From positions 7,171-71,170 of the forward strand of contig JACPRP010000019.1 in assembly GCA_016189905.1 (NCBI GenBank): a DNA stretch of 64,000 bases, written 5' to 3'. How positions within the stretch are numbered: the stretch's first letter is position 1; the number at the start of each line of letters is the position of its first letter. The position numbers were made by a program, and so were the translations under genes. This stretch comes from Chloroflexota bacterium. Lineage in GTDB: Bacteria > Chloroflexota > UBA6077 > FW602-bin22 > JACPRP01. Of the stretch, positions 20,769 to 29,706 are shown in pieces. The notes below the pieces were generated by a model. It was not told where the DNA came from. It did no database searches and saw only the letters and a list, made by a program, of their open reading frames with translations.

Positions 20769-21811
20769 TGAGCACGTGGGGCATCGTCGGCCACAAACGT
20801 GCGGTCAGTTTGCTGCGTCGCAGCGTTGAACGCGGCCGAATCAGCCATGCGTATCTGTTCTCAGGGGCATCGGGAATCGGCAAGACCACGCTGGCGATGA
20901 CCTTTGCCAAGGTTCTACTTTGCGCCTCGCCTGACCCACCGTGCAATGAATGCCGCCGTTGTCAGTCGATTGCCAAAGGAACCCATCCAGACGTTCGGCT
21001 GCTCAAGGTGGCGGCAGGGTCGAATGAGGCCTTGGGCAATGAAACGACCGCCAAGACAGGCAAGAGCCGGTCGATCAAGATCGAGCAAATCCGAGAGCTG
21101 CAGCGGGATACCGCGTTGCTGCCCTATGAGGGACAGTGGAAGGTTTACATCATCCGCAACGCAGAAGATATGTCGATCGAAGCCGCGAACTGTCTGCTGA
21201 AAACCCTCGAAGAGCCCCCCAGGTCGGTCGTGTTGATTTTGACCTGCGCAGATGCTAAGATTGTACCGGCAACCATCGTATCCAGGTGCCAACACGTGAG
21301 CCTGTGGCCGTTGGGCGTGGAAGAGGTGACGGCTGCCTTGCGCCAGAGATCGGGGATTGCGGAGGCAGATGCAAAGACGCTGGCTCACCTTAGCGATGGG
21401 CGAATAGGCTGGGCGCTGAACGCAGCCGCCGATAGTTCGATTGTTGGCGATCGAGATGACCGGCTTCACAAAGTTGTTGACGTCACGGGAGGAAGCCGCA
21501 CCGCTCGCTTCAAATATGCCGAAGAACTGGCCGCGTTGTTCAGTCGTGATCCCGAGGCAGTTTACGCGACGCTCGACCTCTGGTTGAGCTGGTGGCGTGA
21601 CCTGCTGTTGATCAAAAATGGATGCCACGACATGGTGACGAATCTACACATGGTTACACGCCTGCTCGAGCAGGCGATGAAATATACTGTGGAGCAGCTT
21701 CACGGCTTTATGGTCGAAATCGAGTCGGCCAGAAGCCAACTTGAGCGAAACGTCAACGCCAGGCTGGCGTTGGAGGTGATGGTGCTCAATGTTCCACAGG
21801 CATATGGTTAG
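20768..21811 (+). CDS. holB: DNA polymerase III delta' subunit
   Basis: HAYLFSGASGIGKTTLA, a zinc module CNECRRC, and SRC-like TIVSRCQ. The start overlaps the rpiB stop (TAATG). Confidence 0.85.
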   Translation: MSTWGIVGHKRAVSLLRRSVERGRISHAYLFSGASGIGKTTLAMTFAKVLLCASPDPPCNECRRCQSIAKGTHPDVRLLKVAAGSNEALGNETTAKTGKSRSIKIEQIRELQRDTALLPYEGQWKVYIIRNAEDMSIEAANCLLKTLEEPPRSVVLILTCADAKIVPATIVSRCQHVSLWPLGVEEVTAALRQRSGIAEADAKTLAHLSDGRIGWALNAAADSSIVGDRDDRLHKVVDVTGGSRTARFKYAEELAALFSRDPEAVYATLDLWLSWWRDLLLIKNGCHDMVTNLHMVTRLLEQAMKYTVEQLHGFMVEIESARSQLERNVNARLALEVMVLNVPQAYG

Positions 21812-21820
21812 GAGAAGAAT

Positions 21821-22675
21821 GTGCCCGAAATCGTCGGAGTTCGATTCAAACGGGCCGGAAAGATATATTACTTTTCTCCCGGAGGGCTCGATTTAGAAGT
21901 CGAAGAGCGGGTGGTTGTCGAGACCGCAAGGGGATCTGAAATTGGCTACGTGGTCATCGCTCCAAAACAGATCCTGGATAGTGAAATACAGGAACCCTTG
22001 CGGCCGGTGTTGAGGAAAGCTTCGCCCGAAGAATTGCATCAAATGGACGTGTTCAAGGGCAAAGAGCGAGACGCTCTACGCAAGTGCGGCGAGAAGATAG
22101 CCCATCACGGACTGCCGATGAAGCTGGTCGGCGCCGAATATAACTTCGATGGGAGTCGCCTCACGTTCTATTTCACGGCAGATGGACGCGTCGACTTTCG
22201 TGAGCTGGTGAAAGACCTGGGTGCGACGTTTCGTACCCGCATAGAACTAAGGCAGATTGGCGTTCGCGATGAGGCCAAAATGCTCGGCGGACTGGGGCGG
22301 TGCGGCCGCGCGCTTTGCTGTTCCTCTTTCCTGGGAGACTTCAGTCCGGTCTCCATTAAAATGGCCAAAGACCAGGACCTTCCTCTGAACCCGATGAAGA
22401 TCTCTGGGATCTGTGGCCGGCTGCTATGCTGCTTAAGTTACGAGAACGAAACTTACTGCGCCGGGCGCCAGCATCTGCCACATACAGGCGAGCAGGTCAG
22501 CACCCCACACGGTCCAGGTAAGGTCGTCGGCGTCAACGTCATCAAAGATTCAATCTCAGTCAGATTGGAGAGCGAATCCACGGTCGAAGTACCCGCCTGC
22601 CAGGTCAAACGGACCGGACCGGAGGAGCGTCCGAGCCAGCCGACCGGTCGAAAGGTCCACATCAACAAGAGCTAG
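21821..22675 (+). CDS. ricT: PSP1-domain protein (YaaT/RicT-like)
   Basis: VGVRFKRAGKIYYF and a Cys-rich GRCGRALCCSSFL...CGRLLCCL typical of YaaT. The holB-yaaT synteny known from Bacillus is present. Confidence 0.8.
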   Translation: MPEIVGVRFKRAGKIYYFSPGGLDLEVEERVVVETARGSEIGYVVIAPKQILDSEIQEPLRPVLRKASPEELHQMDVFKGKERDALRKCGEKIAHHGLPMKLVGAEYNFDGSRLTFYFTADGRVDFRELVKDLGATFRTRIELRQIGVRDEAKMLGGLGRCGRALCCSSFLGDFSPVSIKMAKDQDLPLNPMKISGICGRLLCCLSYENETYCAGRQHLPHTGEQVSTPHGPGKVVGVNVIKDSISVRLESESTVEVPACQVKRTGPEERPSQPTGRKVHINKS

Positions 22676-23496
22676 GTCCCTCGGCGTTCCTTCCAGAACA
22701 CAGCTAGCGTTGCGCCGCCGAGAATCAGCAGCAGAATGAACGCGCCGATTTCTATCTCTAAGAGGGGCCATTGGGGGGGGGCCTGCTGGGCACTATTCGC
22801 CGGCGGCGCCGACTTTTCATCGCCGTCGCCGCTCGACGGCACCTTCTCGGAAACCCCTCCTCCCGCCGTCGTCGCCCGCTGTGGCACCAGCGCGGTGCCC
22901 GTCTCAGCAGTGTCTGGCGCTTTCTGGACCTCGTTGTTCGCCTCATCCTGAGGCTGCTTCGCGGCCGCAGATGGCGCGGGCGCGCCTGAGGGTGCCCTCG
23001 GCGCCGCCGACATCGGCCCGGGGGCGAGCGCCGGGGCCGGCAGCGCTGGCTGAGCATCTAGCTTTTCAAGTTCTCGCGAAGTCGGGCTGGCCACGGCGCT
23101 GAAAGACTCCACTTGCTGAACCGCCACCGCATCCTTTGGCTGAGGCATCGACGACACGGACGTCATTTGCACGTACAGGCTCGCCACGAACATCGTCAAT
23201 ACCATCGCGGCCAGGGCAAACGTCGCGTTTCGCAGATAGGGGAAGAACGTTGGGAGCGTGCGCGGCTGCGCCGCGAGCGCGAACGAGCGCGGCATAGCAA
23301 TGACAGGCAGGTCTCGCAGCGCCTGGACTGTCACGCGCAATTCCTGAAGCTCCCGCCCGCAGCGAGCACATCGCGGAAGGTGTTCCTCCACCTGCCGCCG
23401 CTCATCTTCGCTGACCTGCCCATCGAGATATGGCGAAAGCAATTCTGTTATACCATAACACCTTAACTCGCGATCAAGCAACGCCAACCTCGCCAT
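22672..23496 (-). CDS. Zinc-finger (zf-HC2) anti-sigma factor, membrane protein with Pro/Ala-rich region
   Basis: HLPRCARCGRELQEL motif, a TM segment, low-complexity PA-rich sequence and a C-terminal TM. It lies directly downstream of the ECF sigma gene. Confidence 0.75.
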   Translation of the reverse strand: MARLALLDRELRCYGITELLSPYLDGQVSEDERRQVEEHLPRCARCGRELQELRVTVQALRDLPVIAMPRSFALAAQPRTLPTFFPYLRNATFALAAMVLTMFVASLYVQMTSVSSMPQPKDAVAVQQVESFSAVASPTSRELEKLDAQPALPAPALAPGPMSAAPRAPSGAPAPSAAAKQPQDEANNEVQKAPDTAETGTALVPQRATTAGGGVSEKVPSSGDGDEKSAPPANSAQQAPPQWPLLEIEIGAFILLLILGGATLAVFWKERRGT

Positions 23497-23520
23497 TCTG
23501 CACAGCGCATGATCTCAATT

Positions 23521-24171
23521 TCATCCCTCAACGTCATGACGATATCGGGAAGGCAAAAGTTCCCCCCTGCGCATCAAATGATCGCGCATACGGGCGCGCC
23601 CTCTAGCCAGGCGAGATTTCACCGTGCCGAGCGAGCAATTCGCCACCTGCGCGATCTCTTCGTAGGAAAGCCCTTGCACATCCGACAGCACTACCGCCAG
23701 TCGCTGCTCCGCCGGCAGACAAAGAAGTCCATCCCGAATATGCGCCATCAACTCCCGGCGGAGAGCGATCTCTTCTGGCCCCGCGTCTGGGTCGGCGAAC
23801 TCGGTAGGCGATTCCACATCGTCGACCAACGCGTCGAGCGACGATGTGGGATGGCGCTGTCGTTGCCGCAGGCGATCGTAGCATGCGTTTGAGGTTATTC
23901 GGAGAATCCAGGCCTTGAAAGAGCCGCCACGAAAGCCGTTGATACCTTTAAGGGCCGACATGAAGGTATCCTGGGCGACATCTGCCGCCGTTTCGCCGTC
24001 GTTCAGCATGCGGTAGGCAAGGTTGTAGACTATACCCTGGTAGCGCAGCACCAGAGAATTGAACGCCTGCAACTCGCCCTTGCGGCTGGCCGCGATGAGA
24101 GCATCCTCTTCTATTGAAATCAGATTTCCCGAGGCCGCGCACTCCGCTGGCTTCGCCATAAACCATCCCAC
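23521..24171 (-). CDS. ECF-type RNA polymerase sigma factor
   Basis: Region 2 (AADVAQDTFMSALK) and region 4 (LSYEEIAQVANCSLGTVKSRLARGR) motifs. Confidence 0.9.
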   Translation of the reverse strand: MGWFMAKPAECAASGNLISIEEDALIAASRKGELQAFNSLVLRYQGIVYNLAYRMLNDGETAADVAQDTFMSALKGINGFRGGSFKAWILRITSNACYDRLRQRQRHPTSSLDALVDDVESPTEFADPDAGPEEIALRRELMAHIRDGLLCLPAEQRLAVVLSDVQGLSYEEIAQVANCSLGTVKSRLARGRARMRDHLMRRGELLPSRYRHDVEG

Positions 24172-24546
24172 CTATTTTATCACGACAAGGATAGCAGCTT
24201 TTGACGAAGTGTCAAGTCGAGACGGCCACACGGGCAGGACGTATGCGTTCTAAGCTGGCGAACTGCGCAACCCGCGTCATACCCATCCTTCCTGGGAAGG
24301 ACGAGTATCCGGGGCCCTCCGAGCGCGTGGATTTCTGCTTTCGCGGGTATGACGTGCCGTGACACAGCTATCGTTGGCTAGAATGCACACACCCTGCCCA
24401 CACAGGCACGAAGGTGCTCCGCTAGCCAGCGAGCTAGCGTGGCTAAAGGAGGAGGCTCCGCGCCCGGTGCATCTATCCATTACGCACAACTCAGAGCCCG
24501 ACCGGCCCCGCGCAGGCTGTGGGCGATCCATTCATATTGCCAACAG

Positions 24547-25233
24547 CTACTGTTGCTGCTTTGACGGTTTGTCTTTTTTCGCTTTGAACGCTCGATCGAT
24601 GAAATCGTCGAGATTAGACTGTAACTTCGTGATCGCGTTGTCTGCCTTCTCCTGGGTCAGCTTGCCATTGGCGACTGCGTTCTGAACCGCGTTCTGTGCG
24701 TTCTCGAGGATCGCCTCTTTGAGCTGATCCCTGGTCTTGCCGTGATCTTGAGCGATTTGCGCCAGGCTCTTGCCGGCTCGCAGGTCCTTCATCACCTGCC
24801 CTGGTGGCACGCCCAGGAGCTCCGCCGCCGATTTCAGTGCCTGGCCTTGAGGCATCAGCTTGAGTTGCAATGGCTGGCTCGGTTTGCCGGGACGCAGCCC
24901 CTGAGGCATTGGTCCGCCCGGCCGCTGAAGTGGGAGGAAAGCCCCAACTTTGTCGATGCGCTCGTTAGCCCTATCTGCCTGTTGCTGGGTGATCTTGCCT
25001 TGCTTCAGAGCGTCGGCGACGACGTCTTTCTGTGCCTGGGTGATAGCGCCACGGGTCTCCTCTGGCGTCTTGCCCAGGATATTGGCCAGCTTGTCGATGA
25101 AAATGCTATAAAAGTTGTTTGATGCGGCTCTCGTGGCCGGCGGCTCGTCGGCAGAGGCCACTGAGACGGCCGCCATACTAGCCAACAGGCCGATGGCTAT
25201 CAGGCCGATCAAGATCTTCGCGTGCTTACTCAT
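24547..25233 (-). CDS. Secreted helical-repeat protein (hypothetical)
   Basis: Signal peptide MSKHAKILIGLIAIGLLASMAAVSVASA. The motif GK(I/L)TQ(Q/E)(Q/K)AD is repeated. Confidence 0.6.
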   Translation of the reverse strand: MSKHAKILIGLIAIGLLASMAAVSVASADEPPATRAASNNFYSIFIDKLANILGKTPEETRGAITQAQKDVVADALKQGKITQQQADRANERIDKVGAFLPLQRPGGPMPQGLRPGKPSQPLQLKLMPQGQALKSAAELLGVPPGQVMKDLRAGKSLAQIAQDHGKTRDQLKEAILENAQNAVQNAVANGKLTQEKADNAITKLQSNLDDFIDRAFKAKKDKPSKQQQ

Positions 25234-25273
25234 CCATATCTCCTCGATTCACTCTATTAGATCAACCGCCAGA

Positions 25274-26458
25274 TCAATCACCCAACGTCGAGCGCTGCAG
25301 GTTGCTCGGCCATTCCCCGAGCTTCACGTCAAGTGTTAATTCACTGCCACCACGGGTAATCTGAACCTTCACCGCATCGCCAACCTGCTTGGTGTCAAGG
25401 TAGGAGACGATATCCTCGACCTTTTTCATCTCCTTCGCATCGACAGCGGTGATAACGTCGCCTCCCTGCGGGGTACTTTGCCGTCCAAGACCTCTTGAGC
25501 TCGACCTGGCCGCGGCCCCCTTGATCCCCGCTTTCTCCGCAGGGCCATCGGCTACAACATCCACCACGTACACGCCTTGCTTGACAGACAGCTTCAGCTC
25601 GTCGGCCAGATTCGGAGTGATAGCCTGGCCCGAGATACCCAGGTACGCGTGCTTCACCTGTCCCCCTGCTAGCATCTGCGGCAGAAATTGCTTCACGGTA
25701 TTAATCGGCACCGCGAATCCAATGCCAACTGAAGCGCCAACAGGGCTTTCGATGGCGGTGTTGATGCCGACAACCTCGCCATTGCTGTTCAACAGGGGGC
25801 CGCCGGAGTTCCCCGGGTTCACTGCCGCATCCGTCTGAATCATATTGGCGATTACGCGGCCGCTCTGTGAAGGATAATTTCGCCCAAGAGAACTGACTAC
25901 GCCCACCGTAACAGTGCGATCCAGCCCGAATGGATTGCCGATAGCTATAGCCAACTCGCCAACGCGCAGCGCATCGGAATCACCCAAGGCTGCCGCCGTC
26001 AGTTGCTTCCCAGCCGGCAGTTCTATCTTGATCACGGCAAGATCGCTGCCCGGGTCTCGGCCGACAACCTTTGCCGGCAGGGTCGTGTCATCAGCCAGAG
26101 TCACCTCGAGGCTGCTGGCACCGGCGATCACGTGGTTGTTGGTTAGAATGTGCCCCTGATCGTCAAAGATAAAGCCAGAGCCTGTTCCCCTGGTAGGAGC
26201 GCTGCCACCAAGGAACGTGTCTTGAGCCTGGCCGACGCTGGTAATGAACACCACCGCTGGACTCACGGCTTGATACGCGGCGATGATCGGCCCATCATCC
26301 CAGATGTTCCGCGTCGGCGGCTGCACTGCCCGCTCTATCTTCGCGGTATCGACGCTGGCCCTGGCAACAGGCTGAATCTGCAAATAGCTGATCACCATCG
26401 CTCCGCCCAGCAGAACGCCCAGCACTAACGCCATAAAGGTCTTGAGAAACGATTTCAT
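25274..26458 (-). CDS. htrA: HtrA/DegP-family serine protease with PDZ domain
   Basis: Catalytic motifs TNNHV and GNSGGPL, an N-terminal TM anchor and a C-terminal PDZ-like region. Confidence 0.9.
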   Translation of the reverse strand: MKSFLKTFMALVLGVLLGGAMVISYLQIQPVARASVDTAKIERAVQPPTRNIWDDGPIIAAYQAVSPAVVFITSVGQAQDTFLGGSAPTRGTGSGFIFDDQGHILTNNHVIAGASSLEVTLADDTTLPAKVVGRDPGSDLAVIKIELPAGKQLTAAALGDSDALRVGELAIAIGNPFGLDRTVTVGVVSSLGRNYPSQSGRVIANMIQTDAAVNPGNSGGPLLNSNGEVVGINTAIESPVGASVGIGFAVPINTVKQFLPQMLAGGQVKHAYLGISGQAITPNLADELKLSVKQGVYVVDVVADGPAEKAGIKGAAARSSSRGLGRQSTPQGGDVITAVDAKEMKKVEDIVSYLDTKQVGDAVKVQITRGGSELTLDVKLGEWPSNLQRSTLGD

Positions 26459-26608
26459 TTAGCTCACCTCACTACCATTCCCATGCAACGGTCCCACATC
26501 CCGTGGACCTGACCGTGACATCTGTTGACACCTTTCCCTTGCGTCCGTTGTAATTGTAGCGACAATTCCTTAAGACAATATTAGCAAGTCCCTAAATGTT
26601 TGTTAAAT

Positions 26609-28078
26609 CTACGAGATTGTCGGAAGATGAACGACGAACTCCGTGCCGTTCAAGGATTCGCTTCTGGCCTCGACAGACCCGCCGTGAGCCTGAACGATTT
26701 CCTTGACTATGGAGAGACCTAGGCCGGTCCCCGCCGACGATCTAGCGCGCGACTTATCGACCTGATAGAACCGCTCGAACACCTTGTCGAGCTCCTCACT
26801 CGGGATTCTCGAGCCCGTATTGTGCACCGCGATGCAAGCCAGCGAATGACGGTCGTCGCCCAAATCAGCGCTTCGTCTCGCTGGCGCCACCGCTCCCGTT
26901 ATTGTGATCGCACCACCGCCGGGCGTATGCTTCAGGGCATTATCGAGCAGGTTGATGAAAACCTGCTCGAGCTTATGCGCGTCGCCCCGGATCAACGGAA
27001 GGCCAGACACCTGGACGCCAATCGAGATATTCGCTTGCCTAGCCTGAATGTCAACCTTACCCACGCACGCCGCTACGAGAGATTCCAGATCGACTGGAAG
27101 CTTCTCCATCGGAATCTGACCAGATTCAATCTTGGATAGATAGAGCAGGTCGTCCACTAGCCGGCGCATCCGCTCCGTCTCCTCGTTGATGATCCGCCCG
27201 GCGTCGGCGTATCCACTTGCATCCTGAATGGCGCCATCGACCATCGCTTGCGAAAAGCCTTGAATCGACGTCAGTGGTGTCTTGAGCTCGTGCGAGACAT
27301 TGGCCAGGAAATCCCGCAAGGTTCGGTGTGAAGACTTCACCTGCGCCGCCATCGCGTTGAAGGCCATCGCCATCCGGCCGATCTCGTCGCCACTCTTGAC
27401 CGTGATCGACTGATCGTAGTTACCTCTGGCCATCTCCTCCGACGCCTTCGTGACCGCCGAGATCGGCTGTGAGATGGAACGAGAGAGCAATACCGCGAGC
27501 GTGATCGAGGCAATCAAAGAGATTAAGGCCGCGAGCGAAAGGTTCGGCGCCAACTCCAGCCAGGACGAGGCAACGCTTTGCTGAGGAACAGCCAGCGCCA
27601 CCGTGTACGTCGGCGCACGGCTGAAGAAGCGCTCGCCGAAAGGGGTCGTCGGTCTCACACGCGTGACGACTAGGAAGAGGTTCTCGCTGCCATCATAGGA
27701 GAGAGAATAAGCTAGGCGGCCCGCGGTTGGCGGATTACTCGGCAAGATAACTCGCTGCCCCCGCAATTCGCCCTGAGAGTCCTCCGCGACAATGCCCTCG
27801 GGATCGAGCAGCAGTATGCGGACGTTCAGATCCTTCGTCTGGTCCTGCAAAAAGAGGCCGATTTGCTCTGGCGAGGCTCCGGCTCGCTCCAGCAGTTGCG
27901 CCTGATACGACATCGGGACGGCAATATCTTCCAACTGCCTCAGCTTGAGCTGTGTCTGATAGCCACGCAGCAAGAAGACGAAAGCCGCGCTCGCCAGAAG
28001 CAGACTGAGCAAAATAACCGACACAAAGGCGGCGATCAGCTTCGATCGTAGATCGGAAAACATGCCGACACCTTTCAC
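26609..28078 (-). CDS. Sensor histidine kinase (TM-sensor-HAMP-HisKA-HATPase)
   Basis: H-box SHELKTPLTSIQG, N-box NLLDNALKHT, G-box GTGLGLSIV. Confidence 0.9.
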   Translation of the reverse strand: MKGVGMFSDLRSKLIAAFVSVILLSLLLASAAFVFLLRGYQTQLKLRQLEDIAVPMSYQAQLLERAGASPEQIGLFLQDQTKDLNVRILLLDPEGIVAEDSQGELRGQRVILPSNPPTAGRLAYSLSYDGSENLFLVVTRVRPTTPFGERFFSRAPTYTVALAVPQQSVASSWLELAPNLSLAALISLIASITLAVLLSRSISQPISAVTKASEEMARGNYDQSITVKSGDEIGRMAMAFNAMAAQVKSSHRTLRDFLANVSHELKTPLTSIQGFSQAMVDGAIQDASGYADAGRIINEETERMRRLVDDLLYLSKIESGQIPMEKLPVDLESLVAACVGKVDIQARQANISIGVQVSGLPLIRGDAHKLEQVFINLLDNALKHTPGGGAITITGAVAPARRSADLGDDRHSLACIAVHNTGSRIPSEELDKVFERFYQVDKSRARSSAGTGLGLSIVKEIVQAHGGSVEARSESLNGTEFVVHLPTIS

Positions 28079-28090
28079 CAGAACCAGCCC

Positions 28091-28810
28091 CTACTCGTCC
28101 CCGCCTCGTTCGTTTCTGGTCGCTGGAGCAACCAACTTGTAGCCAACCCCCCAAACGGTCTTGATGCGAGCATCAGATTTAGCGAGCTTATCTCGTAGCC
28201 ACGTCACGTGGACGTCGATCGTGCGCGTGTCGCCAAAGTAGTCATAGCCCCAGATCAATTCGAGGAGCCTCTCACGAGTGAAGACGGTCCCGACGTTAAT
28301 CGCCAGCGTCGCCAGGAGATCGAACTCTTTGGCACGGAACTCTACTGCCACGCCGTTCACATAAACCTCACGCTTGTCCAAATCAATGGACAGATTCCCC
28401 ACTGCGGTGACTGATTGGCGCTTGCTCTCATAGCGATAGCGCCGCAGCACCGCCTTGACACGGGCCACAAGCTCCCTGGGATTGAACGGCTTGCTCATAT
28501 AGTCGTCGGCGCCCAGCTCGAGGCCGACGATTCGGTCCACGTCATCACCACGAGCCGTGAGCATAATGATCGGTATGTCGCCTTCTTTGCGCAGATGGCG
28601 ACATACCTCCCAGCCGTCCATCTCAGGCATCATCAGGTCAAGCACGATCAGACCAGGCTTTAGTGATCTGGCCTTCTCCAAAGCCTCGAGGCCGTTGGAG
28701 GCGGTTTCAACCTGATACCCTTCATTGCTGAGATACAGCCTGGCAAGTTGCACGATGTTCTTTTCGTCGTCGACCACCAGGATGGTCGTCTTGTTTGACA
28801 CTGTAGCCAT
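28091..28810 (-). CDS. OmpR-family response regulator
   Basis: Receiver domain ILVVDDE...DLMMPEMDG, and a winged helix ending in VWGVGYKL. Confidence 0.9.
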   Translation of the reverse strand: MATVSNKTTILVVDDEKNIVQLARLYLSNEGYQVETASNGLEALEKARSLKPGLIVLDLMMPEMDGWEVCRHLRKEGDIPIIMLTARGDDVDRIVGLELGADDYMSKPFNPRELVARVKAVLRRYRYESKRQSVTAVGNLSIDLDKREVYVNGVAVEFRAKEFDLLATLAINVGTVFTRERLLELIWGYDYFGDTRTIDVHVTWLRDKLAKSDARIKTVWGVGYKLVAPATRNERGGDE

Positions 28811-29081
28811 GTTATGTCCACTTATTGAATGTGCAATCAGGAGAATCGATCACGACGCTTTGGCTCTTAGCAGTTAGTTCCTCGCCGTCCTCGTGCTAGT
28901 CAACAGTAAGTATAGTGAAAAACGGATCGCGGGGCTACTTTCTTTGAGATCGATTATAGCACGCCATGACAATCAATGTATTAAGCAGATGTTAAACCAG
29001 AACGTGAAGGTAGGTTGTCAGACGTCCGTGCTCGTGCGCTAACCGGGCCAGATCATCAGCTACGATAAAGGAGTAGGAATA

Positions 29082-29090
29082 TGGTATAAT
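29082..29090 (+). promoter_or_regulatory. Extended -10 element TGGTATAAT
   Basis: TGnTATAAT about 45 nt upstream of the ATG at 29134, in an AT-rich divergent intergenic region. Confidence 0.45.
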
Positions 29091-29133
29091 GTGTTTCGTT
29101 TCACAACTGCGGCGTAGGAAGGGCTGGAGAAAC

Positions 29134-29706
29134 ATGGCTGAGCGCTATGAAATACGCCTCGCGGGGCTTGGTGGGCAGGGCCTTCTCCTGGCCGGGCTTC
29201 TACTAGCAGAGGCCGCGGCCATTCACGAAGGCAAGCACGCGGTGCAAACACAGTCTTATGCACCGTATGCCAGAGGGGGCGCCAGCGCATCGGAAGTGAT
29301 CATCAGCGACAAAGAGATCGATTATCCGCGTGCGCAACGACCCGACATCGTCGTGGTGCTCAGCCAGGAAGCTTATGACAAGTACTTTCGCGATTTGCGG
29401 AACGATGGTATGCTTATCGTCGACTCGTCGACGGTAGAGCACATCGACACGAGCAAGGCGTATTTCTATGAGACCTACATGGTACCTCTAACCGAAATGG
29501 CCAGGCAAGCTACGGGTAGGGAGATGACCGCAAGCATGGTGGCGCTGGGCGTTATCGCCGGGTTGACCGACATCGTCTCCCAGGAATCCTTGATGGCAGC
29601 GATCACCACGCGCGCTCCAAAAGGCACGGCCGATATAAACAAGCGGGCTGTGCAGGCGGGTATCGACGCTGCCAACAAGCTTAGAGAAGGGGTTGTCGAA
29701 GAATGA
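29134..29706 (+). CDS. 2-oxoacid:ferredoxin oxidoreductase gamma-subunit family protein (stand-alone)
   Basis: IRLAGLGGQGLLLAG...QSYAPYARGGASASEVIIS matches the POR/KOR gamma domain. No alpha, beta or delta genes are nearby. Its stop overlaps the next start (ATGA). Confidence 0.75.
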   Translation: MAERYEIRLAGLGGQGLLLAGLLLAEAAAIHEGKHAVQTQSYAPYARGGASASEVIISDKEIDYPRAQRPDIVVVLSQEAYDKYFRDLRNDGMLIVDSSTVEHIDTSKAYFYETYMVPLTEMARQATGREMTASMVALGVIAGLTDIVSQESLMAAITTRAPKGTADINKRAVQAGIDAANKLREGVVEE

